Source: a virus (Duplodnaviria; Caudoviricetes). From it: a stretch of 40,613 nt of DNA. The notes beneath the pieces are model-generated. The model had not been told where the DNA came from. It did not search any database and saw only the letters and a program-made list of their open reading frames with translations. Below are positions 23,859-33,939 of this stretch, piece by piece; position 1 is the stretch's first letter, and every line of letters starts with the position of its first letter. The translations under genes and the position numbers were made by a program. The stretch is taken from IMG/VR virus record IMGVR_UViG_3300011427_000005, positions 1 to 40,613 of that record. One strand, written 5' to 3'.

Positions 23859-24362
23859 ATGGCTAAAAGAAAGCGTACAGTTGGACAAATAGAGTTGGAT
23901 TTATTGGAGATTAGGCGATGGAGCAATCAGGGGAAATCAACGAGAGCAATCGCAAAAATAATTTCTGCAAAGCGTCCCTACACGTTGAATCATTCTCAGA
24001 TTGCCTACGACATGAAAAAGGTAGAGGAGATGTGGAGAGAAAACACAGTCTTGGATTTGGATGTTGAAAAAGGCAGGATACTAGACGAACTGATTATGTT
24101 CAAAGAACAACTTAATAACGCATGGGAGGAAAGTAAAAAAGATAGTTTTAGCAAAACAGAAATCAATAGCCCGCAAGGGAGAACCACCACCACTAAAACA
24201 GATAAACAAACGGGAGACTCGAAGTATATTGACGGTCTTTTGAAATCAATTGATATGCGGTTAAAAATCCTGGGGCTTTACGCTCCTCAAAAGATCGCGC
24301 CGACGACTCCCGATGGCTCGGAGTCTGCGCCGCCTTCCACAATCATCGTATACGAAAAATGA
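23859..24362 (+). CDS. Terminase small subunit
   Basis: N-terminal HTH (STRAIAKII...SQIAYDM), RLKILGLYAPQK; directly upstream of TerL. Confidence 0.75.
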   Translation: MAKRKRTVGQIELDLLEIRRWSNQGKSTRAIAKIISAKRPYTLNHSQIAYDMKKVEEMWRENTVLDLDVEKGRILDELIMFKEQLNNAWEESKKDSFSKTEINSPQGRTTTTKTDKQTGDSKYIDGLLKSIDMRLKILGLYAPQKIAPTTPDGSESAPPSTIIVYEK

Positions 24363-25735
24363 CAATCGCGCATAAATTCAAGCTCCCGATAACGACTGAG
24401 GAAACGCTAAAGCAATTTTTAAGGGTTGCATGGGGTGTAACCATCCCGGACAAACAGATATGCAAAAATCATACGACTCCCTGGCGGGCGTTTAGTGACG
24501 CATATTTCGCGCGGCATCCTGTAACCGTCTGGCACGGCTCGCGCGGTTTTGCCGGCAAGTCATATACTCTGGCTGTGCTGGGATTGACCGAAGCCGCAAC
24601 GCTGGGGGCGGCTGTGAACATCCTGGGCAGTTCCGGCGCTCAATCCAAGAGGGTGCTCGAGCATGAAACGAACCTATGGCATTACAAGCACGCACCGCGT
24701 GATCTGCTTATCTCTGATGCGTCCAGCGTTACACGATTAACAAACGGCGCAAAAATCGAGGCGCTTATGGCATCGCAGGCGAGCGTTCGGGGTCCGCATC
24801 CGCAAAGGCTTTTACTGGACGAAATCGATGAAATGGATTTATCCATTCTTGAAGCCGCCCAGGGGCAGCCAATGGAAAAAAACGGCATAGCGACTCAGAC
24901 GGTTATGTCTTCAACCCGTCAATATGCGGACGGCACAATGCAGAAAATATTACAGCGGGCGGGAGAACAAGGCTGGAAAATATATGAATGGTGCATGGAG
25001 GAAACGAAAGAGCCGCATGGCTGGCTATCACAAGCACAGATAGACTCCAAACGCGCCGAAGTTACTGAAGCCATGTGGAGGACTGAATACGAATTACAGG
25101 AACCGTCACCAGAGTCCAGAGCCATCCAATCGGAGGCGGTTGAGAAGTGTTTTGATAAATCACTCGGAGTCTTTGAAGGCAATCTGAATGAATATATCGA
25201 GATTGAAAATCCTGTAAAGGGCGCGTCCTATTCTCACGGCGCGGATTGGGCGCGAAAGAACGACTGGACAATCATTCCTACCATTCGGGAGGATGTCCGA
25301 CCGCGCCGGGTTGTGGCATGGGAACGCACAGGTCGGCTTGACTGGCCCGTGATGATTACCAAACTGGACAAACGAATTGAACGCTATGGCGGGTATGCCG
25401 TGCATGATGGTACTGGCTTGGGGGATGTGGTCGATGATTACCTAAAGCATCCCGCCGAAGCGTTTATGATGGCAGGACGGGCGCGCGCGGATCTACTGAG
25501 TGAATACATCGCAGCGATTGAAAAGGGCGAGCTTGTTTATCCGTTCATCCAATACGCCTATAACGAGCATAAGTACGCATCCGTGGAGGATGTTTATTCA
25601 AGTGGGGAGGGGCATCATTTACCGGACTCAATCAGCGCCGGCGCGTTTATGTGGCGCGCATCCAATTCCAGCGGGGCGGTAGATCCTTCGGTCGGTCATG
25701 TAGACGACTTCAAGTCGAAATGGGAGCGGGTATGA
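24359..25735 (+). CDS. terL: Terminase large subunit
   Basis: Walker A GSRGFAGKS, Walker B LLLDEIDE, RuvC-like GADWARKND, DGTGLG, final PDS. Confidence 0.92.
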   Translation: MTIAHKFKLPITTEETLKQFLRVAWGVTIPDKQICKNHTTPWRAFSDAYFARHPVTVWHGSRGFAGKSYTLAVLGLTEAATLGAAVNILGSSGAQSKRVLEHETNLWHYKHAPRDLLISDASSVTRLTNGAKIEALMASQASVRGPHPQRLLLDEIDEMDLSILEAAQGQPMEKNGIATQTVMSSTRQYADGTMQKILQRAGEQGWKIYEWCMEETKEPHGWLSQAQIDSKRAEVTEAMWRTEYELQEPSPESRAIQSEAVEKCFDKSLGVFEGNLNEYIEIENPVKGASYSHGADWARKNDWTIIPTIREDVRPRRVVAWERTGRLDWPVMITKLDKRIERYGGYAVHDGTGLGDVVDDYLKHPAEAFMMAGRARADLLSEYIAAIEKGELVYPFIQYAYNEHKYASVEDVYSSGEGHHLPDSISAGAFMWRASNSSGAVDPSVGHVDDFKSKWERV

Positions 25736-26709
25736 TGTATCTGTTATCATCCTTGACCCGTCTTGTAGATATGAAAAAAATCATCAATTCTCTGTTCGTC
25801 GCCATCGTAACTTTTGCCTACGCATCGGTGTATTGGTTGGGTGCTCGTAATATGCAGGATGCTGAGTCTATGACATCGCTTGGATATTACAAGCCTTACG
25901 TGTACAGGCAGCTCGTGCCCATGCTTGCGCGGGCATTGGAGTCCATCGGTATCAGGATTGACCTTGCGGTGGTATTGATCGTCACGCTTTCGGGGGTCGG
26001 CTTTTATCTTGCCCTGCGGAGTCTGGTAGCTCTTTATCACCCCATGACCAACACAACGGAGATAATCGTCCTGTTGTCTGTGTTCGCCGGGATGCTCCTG
26101 TTCGGCGATTTTCGGATGCCGTATGATTTGATGACGGCGGCATTGTTCACGCTGGCGTTCTTGTTCATTGCACGGGGAGAGACCCGGAATTATCTACTCC
26201 TGTTCCCGTTCATTTGTCTCAATCGTGAGACGGCGATATTGCTGCCAATTGTTTATGTAGCCTTTGCCTATGTCTGGAAGCGGGGGAATCTCAAACAGAA
26301 TTCAATCGTGTTTGTTTACAGCCTCGGAGTCTATCTTCTAATCACTCTCGCCTTGCGCCTGTACTTCGCAGGCAACCCCGGCTTATCGGCATGGGTTGAA
26401 CCATGGCTGAATATCCAGCGGTTTATCAATCACCCCGCAAAAAGCCTGCTACATCTATCAGGTACAATCATACTGCTGTACCTGATAGCAAACGACTGGA
26501 TGCAGAAGCCGGCACTATTGCGGATTGCGTTTATCTTCATGTTCCCGATACTGACCGGGATTTATTTCATAGCAGGACAAAGTTTTGAAGTGCGAGTCTA
26601 TTTCGAGTTGTATCCTGTGATCGTCCTGCTAGCATTGCCGGTTATATTGGAATGGATTACATGGCTAATTTTTACTTCCATAACCATCAGAGAAAAAGTG
26701 ACGCCCTAA
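25732..26709 (+). CDS. Polytopic membrane protein, GT-C glycosyltransferase-like
   Basis: About 9 TM segments; PYVYRQLVP, PYD, LNRET, FEVRVYFE. Confidence 0.55.
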   Translation: MMYLLSSLTRLVDMKKIINSLFVAIVTFAYASVYWLGARNMQDAESMTSLGYYKPYVYRQLVPMLARALESIGIRIDLAVVLIVTLSGVGFYLALRSLVALYHPMTNTTEIIVLLSVFAGMLLFGDFRMPYDLMTAALFTLAFLFIARGETRNYLLLFPFICLNRETAILLPIVYVAFAYVWKRGNLKQNSIVFVYSLGVYLLITLALRLYFAGNPGLSAWVEPWLNIQRFINHPAKSLLHLSGTIILLYLIANDWMQKPALLRIAFIFMFPILTGIYFIAGQSFEVRVYFELYPVIVLLALPVILEWITWLIFTSITIREKVTP

Positions 26710-27581
26710 TCACCGCGCTGATTGCGTACGGTTGGAAGCAGAAGCCGACTCATAATGGCGCGGATGTTATCTTTTCTGACCAGGACATCAAGGCAGGGTC
26801 AAAAGACCTTGAGAACGCATACAGACGCGGCAAAAAGGTTATGATGATTCCTCATGCAGCTATGCCAAATATATTTGGTGATCTGCCTGATGACGAACAC
26901 TTCAAACATGCAACCTGTCAATTCGTCCCGGCGCCTGGGTACGTGGACGTGATGCGGGCATGGGGATACAATCTCCCGATTGAGGTGACCGGCTGGTACC
27001 TTTGCGAGATAAAACCATTCCAGCCGCGCGCCGAAATAAGGAATGTCTTATTCGCACCCATCCATCCGAACGCCGACGGGATGCTCTCGCATCTCCAAAT
27101 AGACATCAATAAAACTGCCTACGAAAAACTACTGAGATTATCCGAACAGGGACACATCAATCTAACCGTTCGTCATTTGCAATCTCTTGAAAATAACGGA
27201 CTCTGGAATGTCGAGGGTGTGAAATACATTGCCGCCAAACCAGACCAAAGCACGAAAGATATAGACGCCGCTGATTTGGTTGTGACCAAGCAGACCATGC
27301 TATATCTCACAGTGGCGCGAGGCGTACCAGCCGTTGGCATGGGTGAGGATATGGCACCGCCGACTGGATCGCTGGCGCGTGGAAACTTCAAACAGGTAAA
27401 ATCCTGGGAAAAGTATCGGGCAATTATGTCATTCCCGCTGGACATCCTGACCTGTGACGATACGATGAATCTATTCAGGCGGGCGGGTGAGTCGGATGCG
27501 GATATAGCCGGCTGGCGCGAGCGGATGATAGGATTACCATTCGACCCGGTGCGGTTTGTGGCAATGGTAAATAAATATTAG
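26661..27581 (+). CDS. GT-B-fold glycosyltransferase-like protein
   Basis: VLFAPIHP; DIDAADLVVTKQTMLYLTVARGVPAV resembles the GT-B C-terminal motif. Confidence 0.55.
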   Translation: MANFYFHNHQRKSDALITALIAYGWKQKPTHNGADVIFSDQDIKAGSKDLENAYRRGKKVMMIPHAAMPNIFGDLPDDEHFKHATCQFVPAPGYVDVMRAWGYNLPIEVTGWYLCEIKPFQPRAEIRNVLFAPIHPNADGMLSHLQIDINKTAYEKLLRLSEQGHINLTVRHLQSLENNGLWNVEGVKYIAAKPDQSTKDIDAADLVVTKQTMLYLTVARGVPAVGMGEDMAPPTGSLARGNFKQVKSWEKYRAIMSFPLDILTCDDTMNLFRRAGESDADIAGWRERMIGLPFDPVRFVAMVNKY

Positions 27582-27596
27582 GGGTATAATGCAGAC

Positions 27597-27791
27597 ATGA
27601 CCACGATGAAGGAGATAAGACACCGAATCGAGTTATTTGTAAGGGGCGCGATTGCAGTTCATTATTTTGGTCATCTCATTGCGCTGGTAGACGAGCAGGG
27701 GCGCATCCAGTGGCGTGATGAAAAGTATCCAGTCTATCTAATCAATTATTTACTGACCATCCCGACCCCCGAACAGGTGATAAGGAATTAA
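27597..27791 (+). CDS. Hypothetical protein
   Basis: 64 aa ORF. Confidence 0.45.
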   Translation: MTTMKEIRHRIELFVRGAIAVHYFGHLIALVDEQGRIQWRDEKYPVYLINYLLTIPTPEQVIRN

Positions 27792-27795
27792 GCCC

Positions 27796-28182
27796 ATGAC
27801 GCAAGATGAAATTCAAGAGCTTGGAAAAATAGGAAGGGAGATGGACGCAGTGATAGCCGAAAAAGTAATGGGGTTAACTCTTGATTGGGAGTTTGCAGAG
27901 TTTTACGATGGAGAGCCTGCCGTACCTACTTTACGATATAAATATGACGAAATTGGTATGCTTCCTTTTTATAGTACTGACATTACAGACGCTTGGGCGG
28001 TTGTTGAAAAAATGTGCAATGAGACAGGATGCGATATTATAAAAGTTTGCAAACGCGACCCTGAGTTATTAAGGGGCGAATGGTCTTGTAATTTCGGAAG
28101 AGGCTTTGAGGCGTTTGCAGATACAGCCCCCCTTGCGATTTGCAGAGCCGCATTGATGGCAGAAATAAAACAGCAGGAGTAA
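27796..28182 (+). CDS. Phage ABA-sandwich domain protein
   Basis: EMDAVIAEKVMG...YSTDITDAWAVVEKM...TAPLAICRAAL. Confidence 0.75.
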   Translation: MTQDEIQELGKIGREMDAVIAEKVMGLTLDWEFAEFYDGEPAVPTLRYKYDEIGMLPFYSTDITDAWAVVEKMCNETGCDIIKVCKRDPELLRGEWSCNFGRGFEAFADTAPLAICRAALMAEIKQQE

Positions 28183-28184
28183 GT

Positions 28185-29696
28185 ATGAGTCATAGAACAC
28201 GCACCCAAACCCGCACGCGCTCGCATGTAGAACTGGCGCAGCAAAAAACAGAGACCCGCATTGTGATTGACACTGAACACGGCACAAGCGGACTGAAAGA
28301 ATATTCCGGCTTTGTGACCGAAGCCTATAATTCGTCATTGTACTGGCCGCACGTTGCGACGGAGTACGCCCGCATCCGCACATCCACGCCGGCTATCGTG
28401 ATGGCGGCACGTCAGTTCACCGCCTGGGCAAGATCGATCAAGCCGGTTATCAATCTCCCTGACAAGCCAACGGATGACGATAAACGTTATAAGGATTTTC
28501 GGGAGTCGGATTTCGAGAACATGGAGGGCGGCTTTGGTCAATACATCGAAACGGCAATCGGGCGCGTCCCTTTTGACGGCTGGTATTCGTGGAATCTTGT
28601 ATACGGATTACGAGAACCGGACTGGACTCCGCCGCCGTATAAAGACCAACAGGGAAAAACATGGGCGGATGATTGGCGGAGTGAAGCGGATGACGGGCTG
28701 ATAGGTATACGCCGGCTCGCGCCGCGTGATAACTCCTCATTCTGGCGCTGGGATTTCGATGGCGCGAAACGAATGATCGGCTGGTATCAGCGCGATCCAA
28801 CAGACGGGCGGGAGATACGACTTGATAAAAAGCAATTATTACATCACACGTTCGGAGATCCAAATAACCCCGAGGGTAACGCCGGCTTACAACCCTGCTG
28901 GCGTCTGGAAGGATTGCAGCGCGGATTCTGGACGGTGCTCGGGATACACTCCGAACATGCAGCCGGCTACCTAAAATTCACCAAGACCGAAAAAGGCGAT
29001 ATATCCACACAGACCGAGAACCTTTTGAAACAGGCGGCGCGTTATATCCTGACCGCGCAAGAGGGGAATATCGCCACAATGCCTTTTGGTTTTGATGCTG
29101 AATTGATCGAAACCTCCGCATCCGCCGCCAATAATCTATTGGAGGTTATCAAGCACCTGGACATTCTCATGCTGTCCGTGTTCGGGATGCAATGGATGGC
29201 ACTCAATACGCTGACCGGGACTGGCTCCTACTCCGCGCAAACGGACGTAACTCAATCAGGTATAACCGCGTTCAATTCGATGCTGGATGGATTCGCTTCG
29301 CAGTGGGATACACAGGTTGAGAGAAGGATTTGGGATTACAACAAAGATCAATTCCCGAACATGACCAAACGACCGCGCTTTGCTTTATCGCATTTGGAGA
29401 ATGCCGTGCCATTGCAGGAGGTTGGTCAGTTTTTTAGCGCAATGAAAGGCTTTATCCCGCTCGGCAAAGAGGACATGGAGTCTGTCCGCAAGATGGTCTC
29501 ATGGCTTCCTGACAACAATCCGCGTCCTGAGGATGTGATCGTGCCGGCGGGAGTCCAGGAGCCTGCACAACCAGACCCGAATATGCCACAAGACCCGAAC
29601 GAACCTGTACCCGTCACTCCGCAGCAACAGGCGAACGCGGCGGAGTCGCGCCGGGTGTTGGAGCAGGCTTTGAATTTTATGACGGCTAATAAATAA
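28185..29696 (+). CDS. Portal protein (Mu gp29/DUF935-like)
   Basis: HGTSGLKEYSGFVTE, GIRRLAPR, NNPEGNAGL, TGSYSA; position after terminase. Confidence 0.8.
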   Translation: MSHRTRTQTRTRSHVELAQQKTETRIVIDTEHGTSGLKEYSGFVTEAYNSSLYWPHVATEYARIRTSTPAIVMAARQFTAWARSIKPVINLPDKPTDDDKRYKDFRESDFENMEGGFGQYIETAIGRVPFDGWYSWNLVYGLREPDWTPPPYKDQQGKTWADDWRSEADDGLIGIRRLAPRDNSSFWRWDFDGAKRMIGWYQRDPTDGREIRLDKKQLLHHTFGDPNNPEGNAGLQPCWRLEGLQRGFWTVLGIHSEHAAGYLKFTKTEKGDISTQTENLLKQAARYILTAQEGNIATMPFGFDAELIETSASAANNLLEVIKHLDILMLSVFGMQWMALNTLTGTGSYSAQTDVTQSGITAFNSMLDGFASQWDTQVERRIWDYNKDQFPNMTKRPRFALSHLENAVPLQEVGQFFSAMKGFIPLGKEDMESVRKMVSWLPDNNPRPEDVIVPAGVQEPAQPDPNMPQDPNEPVPVTPQQQANAAESRRVLEQALNFMTANK

Positions 29697-29706
29697 AAAG
29701 GAGCGT

Positions 29707-29919
29707 ATGATGGATACCGGAAAAGGAATATTCGAATTTGCAGTAGATACACCCGATGCAAGAAAAGCACTCGAAGAAAAGCACCCGAATCATGGCGCAT
29801 GGTTTAGAGAGGGTGAAATTATTGACATAAAAGGTAGTGTATTTAGAGTTAAGCGTATCAAGCCGAATGAAGTGACACTAAAACTCGTAACACGAAATCT
29901 TCTGTATTCAAAAAAATAA
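29707..29919 (+). CDS. Hypothetical protein
   Basis: AGGAG RBS; 70 aa. Confidence 0.55.
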   Translation: MMDTGKGIFEFAVDTPDARKALEEKHPNHGAWFREGEIIDIKGSVFRVKRIKPNEVTLKLVTRNLLYSKK

Positions 29920-29934
29920 AGGAAATAAAAAAAC

Positions 29935-30141
29935 ATGCCTAGCACAACCATTCAATACTTTGCGTATGAACATTTACCGAAGGCTTTACAGGAAGTATCA
30001 AAGCCAATTGGGGAACTTGCCAAGCTGATGGAGGAAACGCTTAATGACGGCCCCGAAAAATCCGTCGGAATGCGTAAACTCCTCGAGGCTAAAGATTGTT
30101 TTGTCAGAGCAAAATTATCTGAAAATCAATCCAGTGGATAA
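29935..30141 (+). CDS. Small helical phage protein, possibly Acb2/Tad1-like hairpin
   Basis: YFAYEHLP..LQEVSKP...GPEKSVGMRKLLEAKDCFVRA. Confidence 0.55.
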   Translation: MPSTTIQYFAYEHLPKALQEVSKPIGELAKLMEETLNDGPEKSVGMRKLLEAKDCFVRAKLSENQSSG

Positions 30142-30785
30142 TGCAACTTAACTACCCCCAAGCCCGCGCCATTCTCGAATTGACCCTCGCTCAATTCTCC
30201 GTTACCTATGCCGCCTTTCATGCCGCCGTATATGATGCGGTGGATGGGTATCTATCGCACACAGACATAAGCGGACGGACGAAGATGAAAACTGCAATCG
30301 CCTTTGCCGCCGGTGCAACAGCCACGATAGCCTGGCAGGATGGGGGGCAGGATTTACCATTCGATGCGGAAACGAATGTACTGCTAGCCGGCTGGATTAC
30401 AAGCCAGCAGAGTTATGCCGGTCAATTATTCGATAGGCTTGTCCTGTTACGCCGCGAACTTGATGACAATAAAACAGCGGACGTGGCGCTCATTGCAATC
30501 AAGGAAGCACGCGCGCGGGCAGATGGATATTCAAGCTCACTCAAATATCTGTATGCGCTTATCAAGGTCATGGCGCTGGGGAATGAGAAACTTTTATTTG
30601 GCGGGCTTCCGGGGCATGAAAGCTGTCCGGAATGTACGATGCTTATGGATACCGTACACACGGCGCGTTATTATGTCGCTCATGGCTACGTCCCTCCGCA
30701 CGGCGAAGGCTTGTCCTGTGCGGATGGCGGGCAATGTGAACACGTTTTGATTAGCGTCAAGACAGGGCAACTTGTTACAATCTAA
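30141..30785 (+). CDS. Minor head morphogenesis protein (Mu F-like)
   Basis: C-terminal HESCPEC...CADGGQCEH; lies between portal and protease. Confidence 0.6.
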   Translation: MQLNYPQARAILELTLAQFSVTYAAFHAAVYDAVDGYLSHTDISGRTKMKTAIAFAAGATATIAWQDGGQDLPFDAETNVLLAGWITSQQSYAGQLFDRLVLLRRELDDNKTADVALIAIKEARARADGYSSSLKYLYALIKVMALGNEKLLFGGLPGHESCPECTMLMDTVHTARYYVAHGYVPPHGEGLSCADGGQCEHVLISVKTGQLVTI

Positions 30786-30797
30786 AGGAGTAACGAC

Positions 30798-30929
30798 ATG
30801 AATATAAATACATTTTTCTTTTTAGCAGCCGCGATATGTTTTGCATTGGGAACGTTCGGAGTTCAGGCTCGTATTTCATGGGTGCCGGCAGGATTATTCT
30901 TTCTAACCTGCGCGCTTGGATTTTCATAA
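30798..30929 (+). CDS. Small 2-TM peptide (43 aa)
   Basis: AAGGAG RBS; MNINTFFFLAAAICFALGTFGVQARISWVPAGLFFLTCALGFS*; not in ORF track. Confidence 0.6.
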   Translation: MNINTFFFLAAAICFALGTFGVQARISWVPAGLFFLTCALGFS

Positions 30930-31154
30930 GTGGCACTCCCGAACGACAAGCCCGTTGAAATCAATCCCGCCGTCTATAAATCGGATGTATCCGCGCGCGC
31001 GCTGTCGCTTGCCCGATGGATAGACCGCTTACCGCCGGGAGTGTATTTGATTGAGTTACAAAAAATGAATGATGCGCCGACGGAGTTGCACAGCATTGTA
31101 CGCGTGGTGAGTGTGGAGGAAAGCAAGCCGGCAGGGACATATACTCCCAAATAG
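30930..31154 (+). CDS. Hypothetical protein
   Basis: 74 aa, GTG start. Confidence 0.5.
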   Translation: MALPNDKPVEINPAVYKSDVSARALSLARWIDRLPPGVYLIELQKMNDAPTELHSIVRVVSVEESKPAGTYTPK

Positions 31155-31157
31155 CCA

Positions 31158-31298
31158 TTGACACGCAACTCTAACGGGTGTACTATCCATCTAATCTAAC
31201 GGCGCGTTCTGGCTCCTGCTGACGCAATGCCGCGAAAATAAATAACGATCTTGTTCCAATACTGACCGTCCTCATATTCGAGAGCGGTTTTTTGTTGT
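31158..31298 (+). promoter_or_regulatory. Head-operon promoter and leader with terminator-like hairpin
   Basis: TTGACA-17-TACTAT at 31158-31186; ACCGTCCTC-ATATTC-GAGAGCGGT TTTTTGTT at about 31265-31297. Confidence 0.6.
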
Positions 31299-31308
31299 TA
31301 AGGTAAAA

Positions 31309-32544
31309 ATGATTTCAGGAAATATGCCTGGTCACATGGAAGGTAACGCGATGCCCTGGATGATGGTTGAAGATAAAGAAAATAATTCGTACTGTGTCCA
31401 TAAGCAGAATGAAGATAAGACTGCTGGGGAAAAGATGAAATGCTATGGCACAAAGGCAGAGGCAGAGGATTACATGAAAGCCATGTATGCCAATATGAAA
31501 GATCATGCTGACGCCGCCGTCTCTGACCTATTCTTTACTGCCCTCGCCGACCTTGAGCATGTATCCACAATTGACGGACTGCCCGTGACTGGCAAGCATC
31601 CGCTCATGGATATGCACGGCAGGGAAGTTGTCATCACCTCGGACGAGTTGCCCGTCTATATCACAAACACCATGCGAGTCTTGGAAAGCACAAAAGACTC
31701 TAGCGGTAGGATTGTCGGCTTGCCGATTGATATGAACAACCACGATCACAAGGGCGGTGCCGGCTGGCTGGTAGGGTTGGAACTGGACACCGCAAGGAAC
31801 ATTATCAAGTTTGCAATCAATTGGACAGAGGCGGGGATTGAACTTGTCAAAAAAAACATCCGTCGTTTTTTCAGCGCATCATTTGACCCGAATCAAAAGG
31901 TTATCCTGGGCGGTTCCATGACGAACACGCCCGCGACCCGGAATGGCAATTACGAGTACATGCTGTCACCGGTTGAATTATCCACTACGCTAAAGGAGCT
32001 AGATATGGAAAAAACATTAGAGGAAAGACTCGCGGAACTTGAAACCAAGTTTGCCGCGCCTCCGCCCGCGCCACCCGCAGGCGATCCGCCCGCTGAACCG
32101 GTGGAACTCACGGACGATGATAATACCCGTCTGGGAGAACTCGCAGAGGCGCGCGCAAAAGAGATGATACGAAGCGCACGCCGCAAAGACCACGTTGTAG
32201 AATTTGCCGCATCCCTGACAGGTGGCACGAAAGAACGCCCGTTCGGACTGGCTGTGAAGTCATCCGAGATCGTCAAGTTGCTGCTTGACCTGCCCGAAGA
32301 TAAAGCCGCGAAAGTGGAAGCAATTCTGACCAAAGCTCTTGACGCTGCAATTGATTTTGCCGAGCATGGCATATCAGGTGAGGGATTTATCCAACGCCCG
32401 AAACTGCCCATGGCTTACAAAGACTCCATGCTCATTTGGCTTGCGGAGGGCAAGGATGTAAAAAGTTATTTCAAGACCGTAGCCCCCGAACTTGGCAAGG
32501 CGGATGAATTCAACCTGGCTGAGTTCGCCAAGGAAGAGGAGTAA
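31309..32544 (+). CDS. Prohead protease/scaffold (Mu gpI-like)
   Basis: LPIDMNNHD..GAGW, WTEAG.ELV...RFFSASF, SMTNTPA; Pro-rich linker then helical scaffold. Confidence 0.8.
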   Translation: MISGNMPGHMEGNAMPWMMVEDKENNSYCVHKQNEDKTAGEKMKCYGTKAEAEDYMKAMYANMKDHADAAVSDLFFTALADLEHVSTIDGLPVTGKHPLMDMHGREVVITSDELPVYITNTMRVLESTKDSSGRIVGLPIDMNNHDHKGGAGWLVGLELDTARNIIKFAINWTEAGIELVKKNIRRFFSASFDPNQKVILGGSMTNTPATRNGNYEYMLSPVELSTTLKELDMEKTLEERLAELETKFAAPPPAPPAGDPPAEPVELTDDDNTRLGELAEARAKEMIRSARRKDHVVEFAASLTGGTKERPFGLAVKSSEIVKLLLDLPEDKAAKVEAILTKALDAAIDFAEHGISGEGFIQRPKLPMAYKDSMLIWLAEGKDVKSYFKTVAPELGKADEFNLAEFAKEEE

Positions 32545-32549
32545 ACATC

Positions 32550-33002
32550 ATGGCTGACTTAACTTCTGATGCCTATATCAAGACCCGTGGCAATCTCGTA
32601 ACGCAACGCTTCTTGATTGATACATCCTCCGCCTGGACGTTCTACAAGGGTCAAGCCGTTCTGATTGACCAAAGTGTGGATGCCGAGAACGTTGTTCCTT
32701 ACGTGGACGCGGTTGTCGTTGATCCTGCTGACGTGGTAGTGGGTATCGCGCAGGAAGGCAAGACCGTTGTAGCCGCCGCTGCTGAGACGACCGAAATTTC
32801 GGTTTACATTGCCCCGTCCGTGATTGGTTTTCAGTCGGCTGTATTCACGAACGCCGACATCGGTAAACTCGTTTACATGAGTGACTCCGGTGTGCTGAGT
32901 GAAACCGCCGCCGATAACCCTTTGATCGGCAAACTCACAAGCGTTGAGGATGGATTTGCTTTCGTCCTGCTTTCAACACCTGTTATCCCGACCGGTGCAT
33001 AG
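32550..33002 (+). CDS. Head decoration / capsid cement protein
   Basis: VVGIAQE...ADIGKLVYMSDSG...IGKL; between scaffold and MCP. Confidence 0.7.
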   Translation: MADLTSDAYIKTRGNLVTQRFLIDTSSAWTFYKGQAVLIDQSVDAENVVPYVDAVVVDPADVVVGIAQEGKTVVAAAAETTEISVYIAPSVIGFQSAVFTNADIGKLVYMSDSGVLSETAADNPLIGKLTSVEDGFAFVLLSTPVIPTGA

Positions 33003-33012
33003 GAGATAAAAC

Positions 33013-33912
33013 ATGATTTCAGGAAACGTACCTCTCCATTTAGTTAGCACCGCCAAAGCGGGATTTCTCACAACCGCCCTCAAGGCTACGCCCGATTATG
33101 CGCCGATTGCGAAGCTCATTGACCTGAGCGAAAAGAATCAAACGCTTGTAGATCTGGGCGCGGCCCCGATGCCGACCCGCACGAAAAGCGGACCGCCCTC
33201 CGCCTCGGACTTCATCGAAAAGACTCTGCCTATCACGTCGCTTGACTGGCACATCAAAGTGCCTATCAGTGGTAACGCGGTAAAGGATGACCAGACTGGT
33301 TCCTTGCTTGGTCGTGTTCGTGCCGCCGGCTCAAACTTTCAGCGCCACATCAGCCAGCAGGCTTTCAAGACTCTGAACGATGGTGACAACACCGCGCTAT
33401 CGGGTATTGGCTATGATGGCAATGCCTTATTCGCAAACGACCACGCGGATAAAGGCGCGTTCTATACGACCGCGCAGGATAATCTGGATGCCAACGCTTT
33501 ATCATTGGCAAACTTTCAAACCACGTATATCAAGGCGAGTTTGACCCGTGACGATCAAGGCAACTTTACCCAATACGGCTATGACCTGCTGGTAGTGCCT
33601 CCGAACCTGGAAACGCTGGCATGGCAGATTACGAACGTACGCGGCGGGACGGAAGCCATCACCAACGCGAACCCCTATGCGGGCAGTATCAAGTATATTG
33701 TTTCTCCGATGCTGGACTCTACTGCCTGGGTATTGGTTGCTTCCAACGAAACAATCAAGCCCATTCTGGTTGTCATGCGTGAGCAACCCTTCCTGGATGA
33801 CGCATGGAAAGACCCGGATGGTGATGACGGCGGGACGTACTGGTTCCTGTTCCGTGGTCGTTATTCCTTCTACGTGGGCGCGTGGCAAACCGCCTATCTC
33901 GGAAATAGTTGA
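33013..33912 (+). CDS. Major capsid protein (Mu gpT-like)
   Basis: VKDDQTG, GYDGNALFANDH, LLVVPPNLE, TAWVL. Confidence 0.85.
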   Translation: MISGNVPLHLVSTAKAGFLTTALKATPDYAPIAKLIDLSEKNQTLVDLGAAPMPTRTKSGPPSASDFIEKTLPITSLDWHIKVPISGNAVKDDQTGSLLGRVRAAGSNFQRHISQQAFKTLNDGDNTALSGIGYDGNALFANDHADKGAFYTTAQDNLDANALSLANFQTTYIKASLTRDDQGNFTQYGYDLLVVPPNLETLAWQITNVRGGTEAITNANPYAGSIKYIVSPMLDSTAWVLVASNETIKPILVVMREQPFLDDAWKDPDGDDGGTYWFLFRGRYSFYVGAWQTAYLGNS

Positions 33913-33939
33913 GTTAGTTTACCCATAACATAAGCCTTG

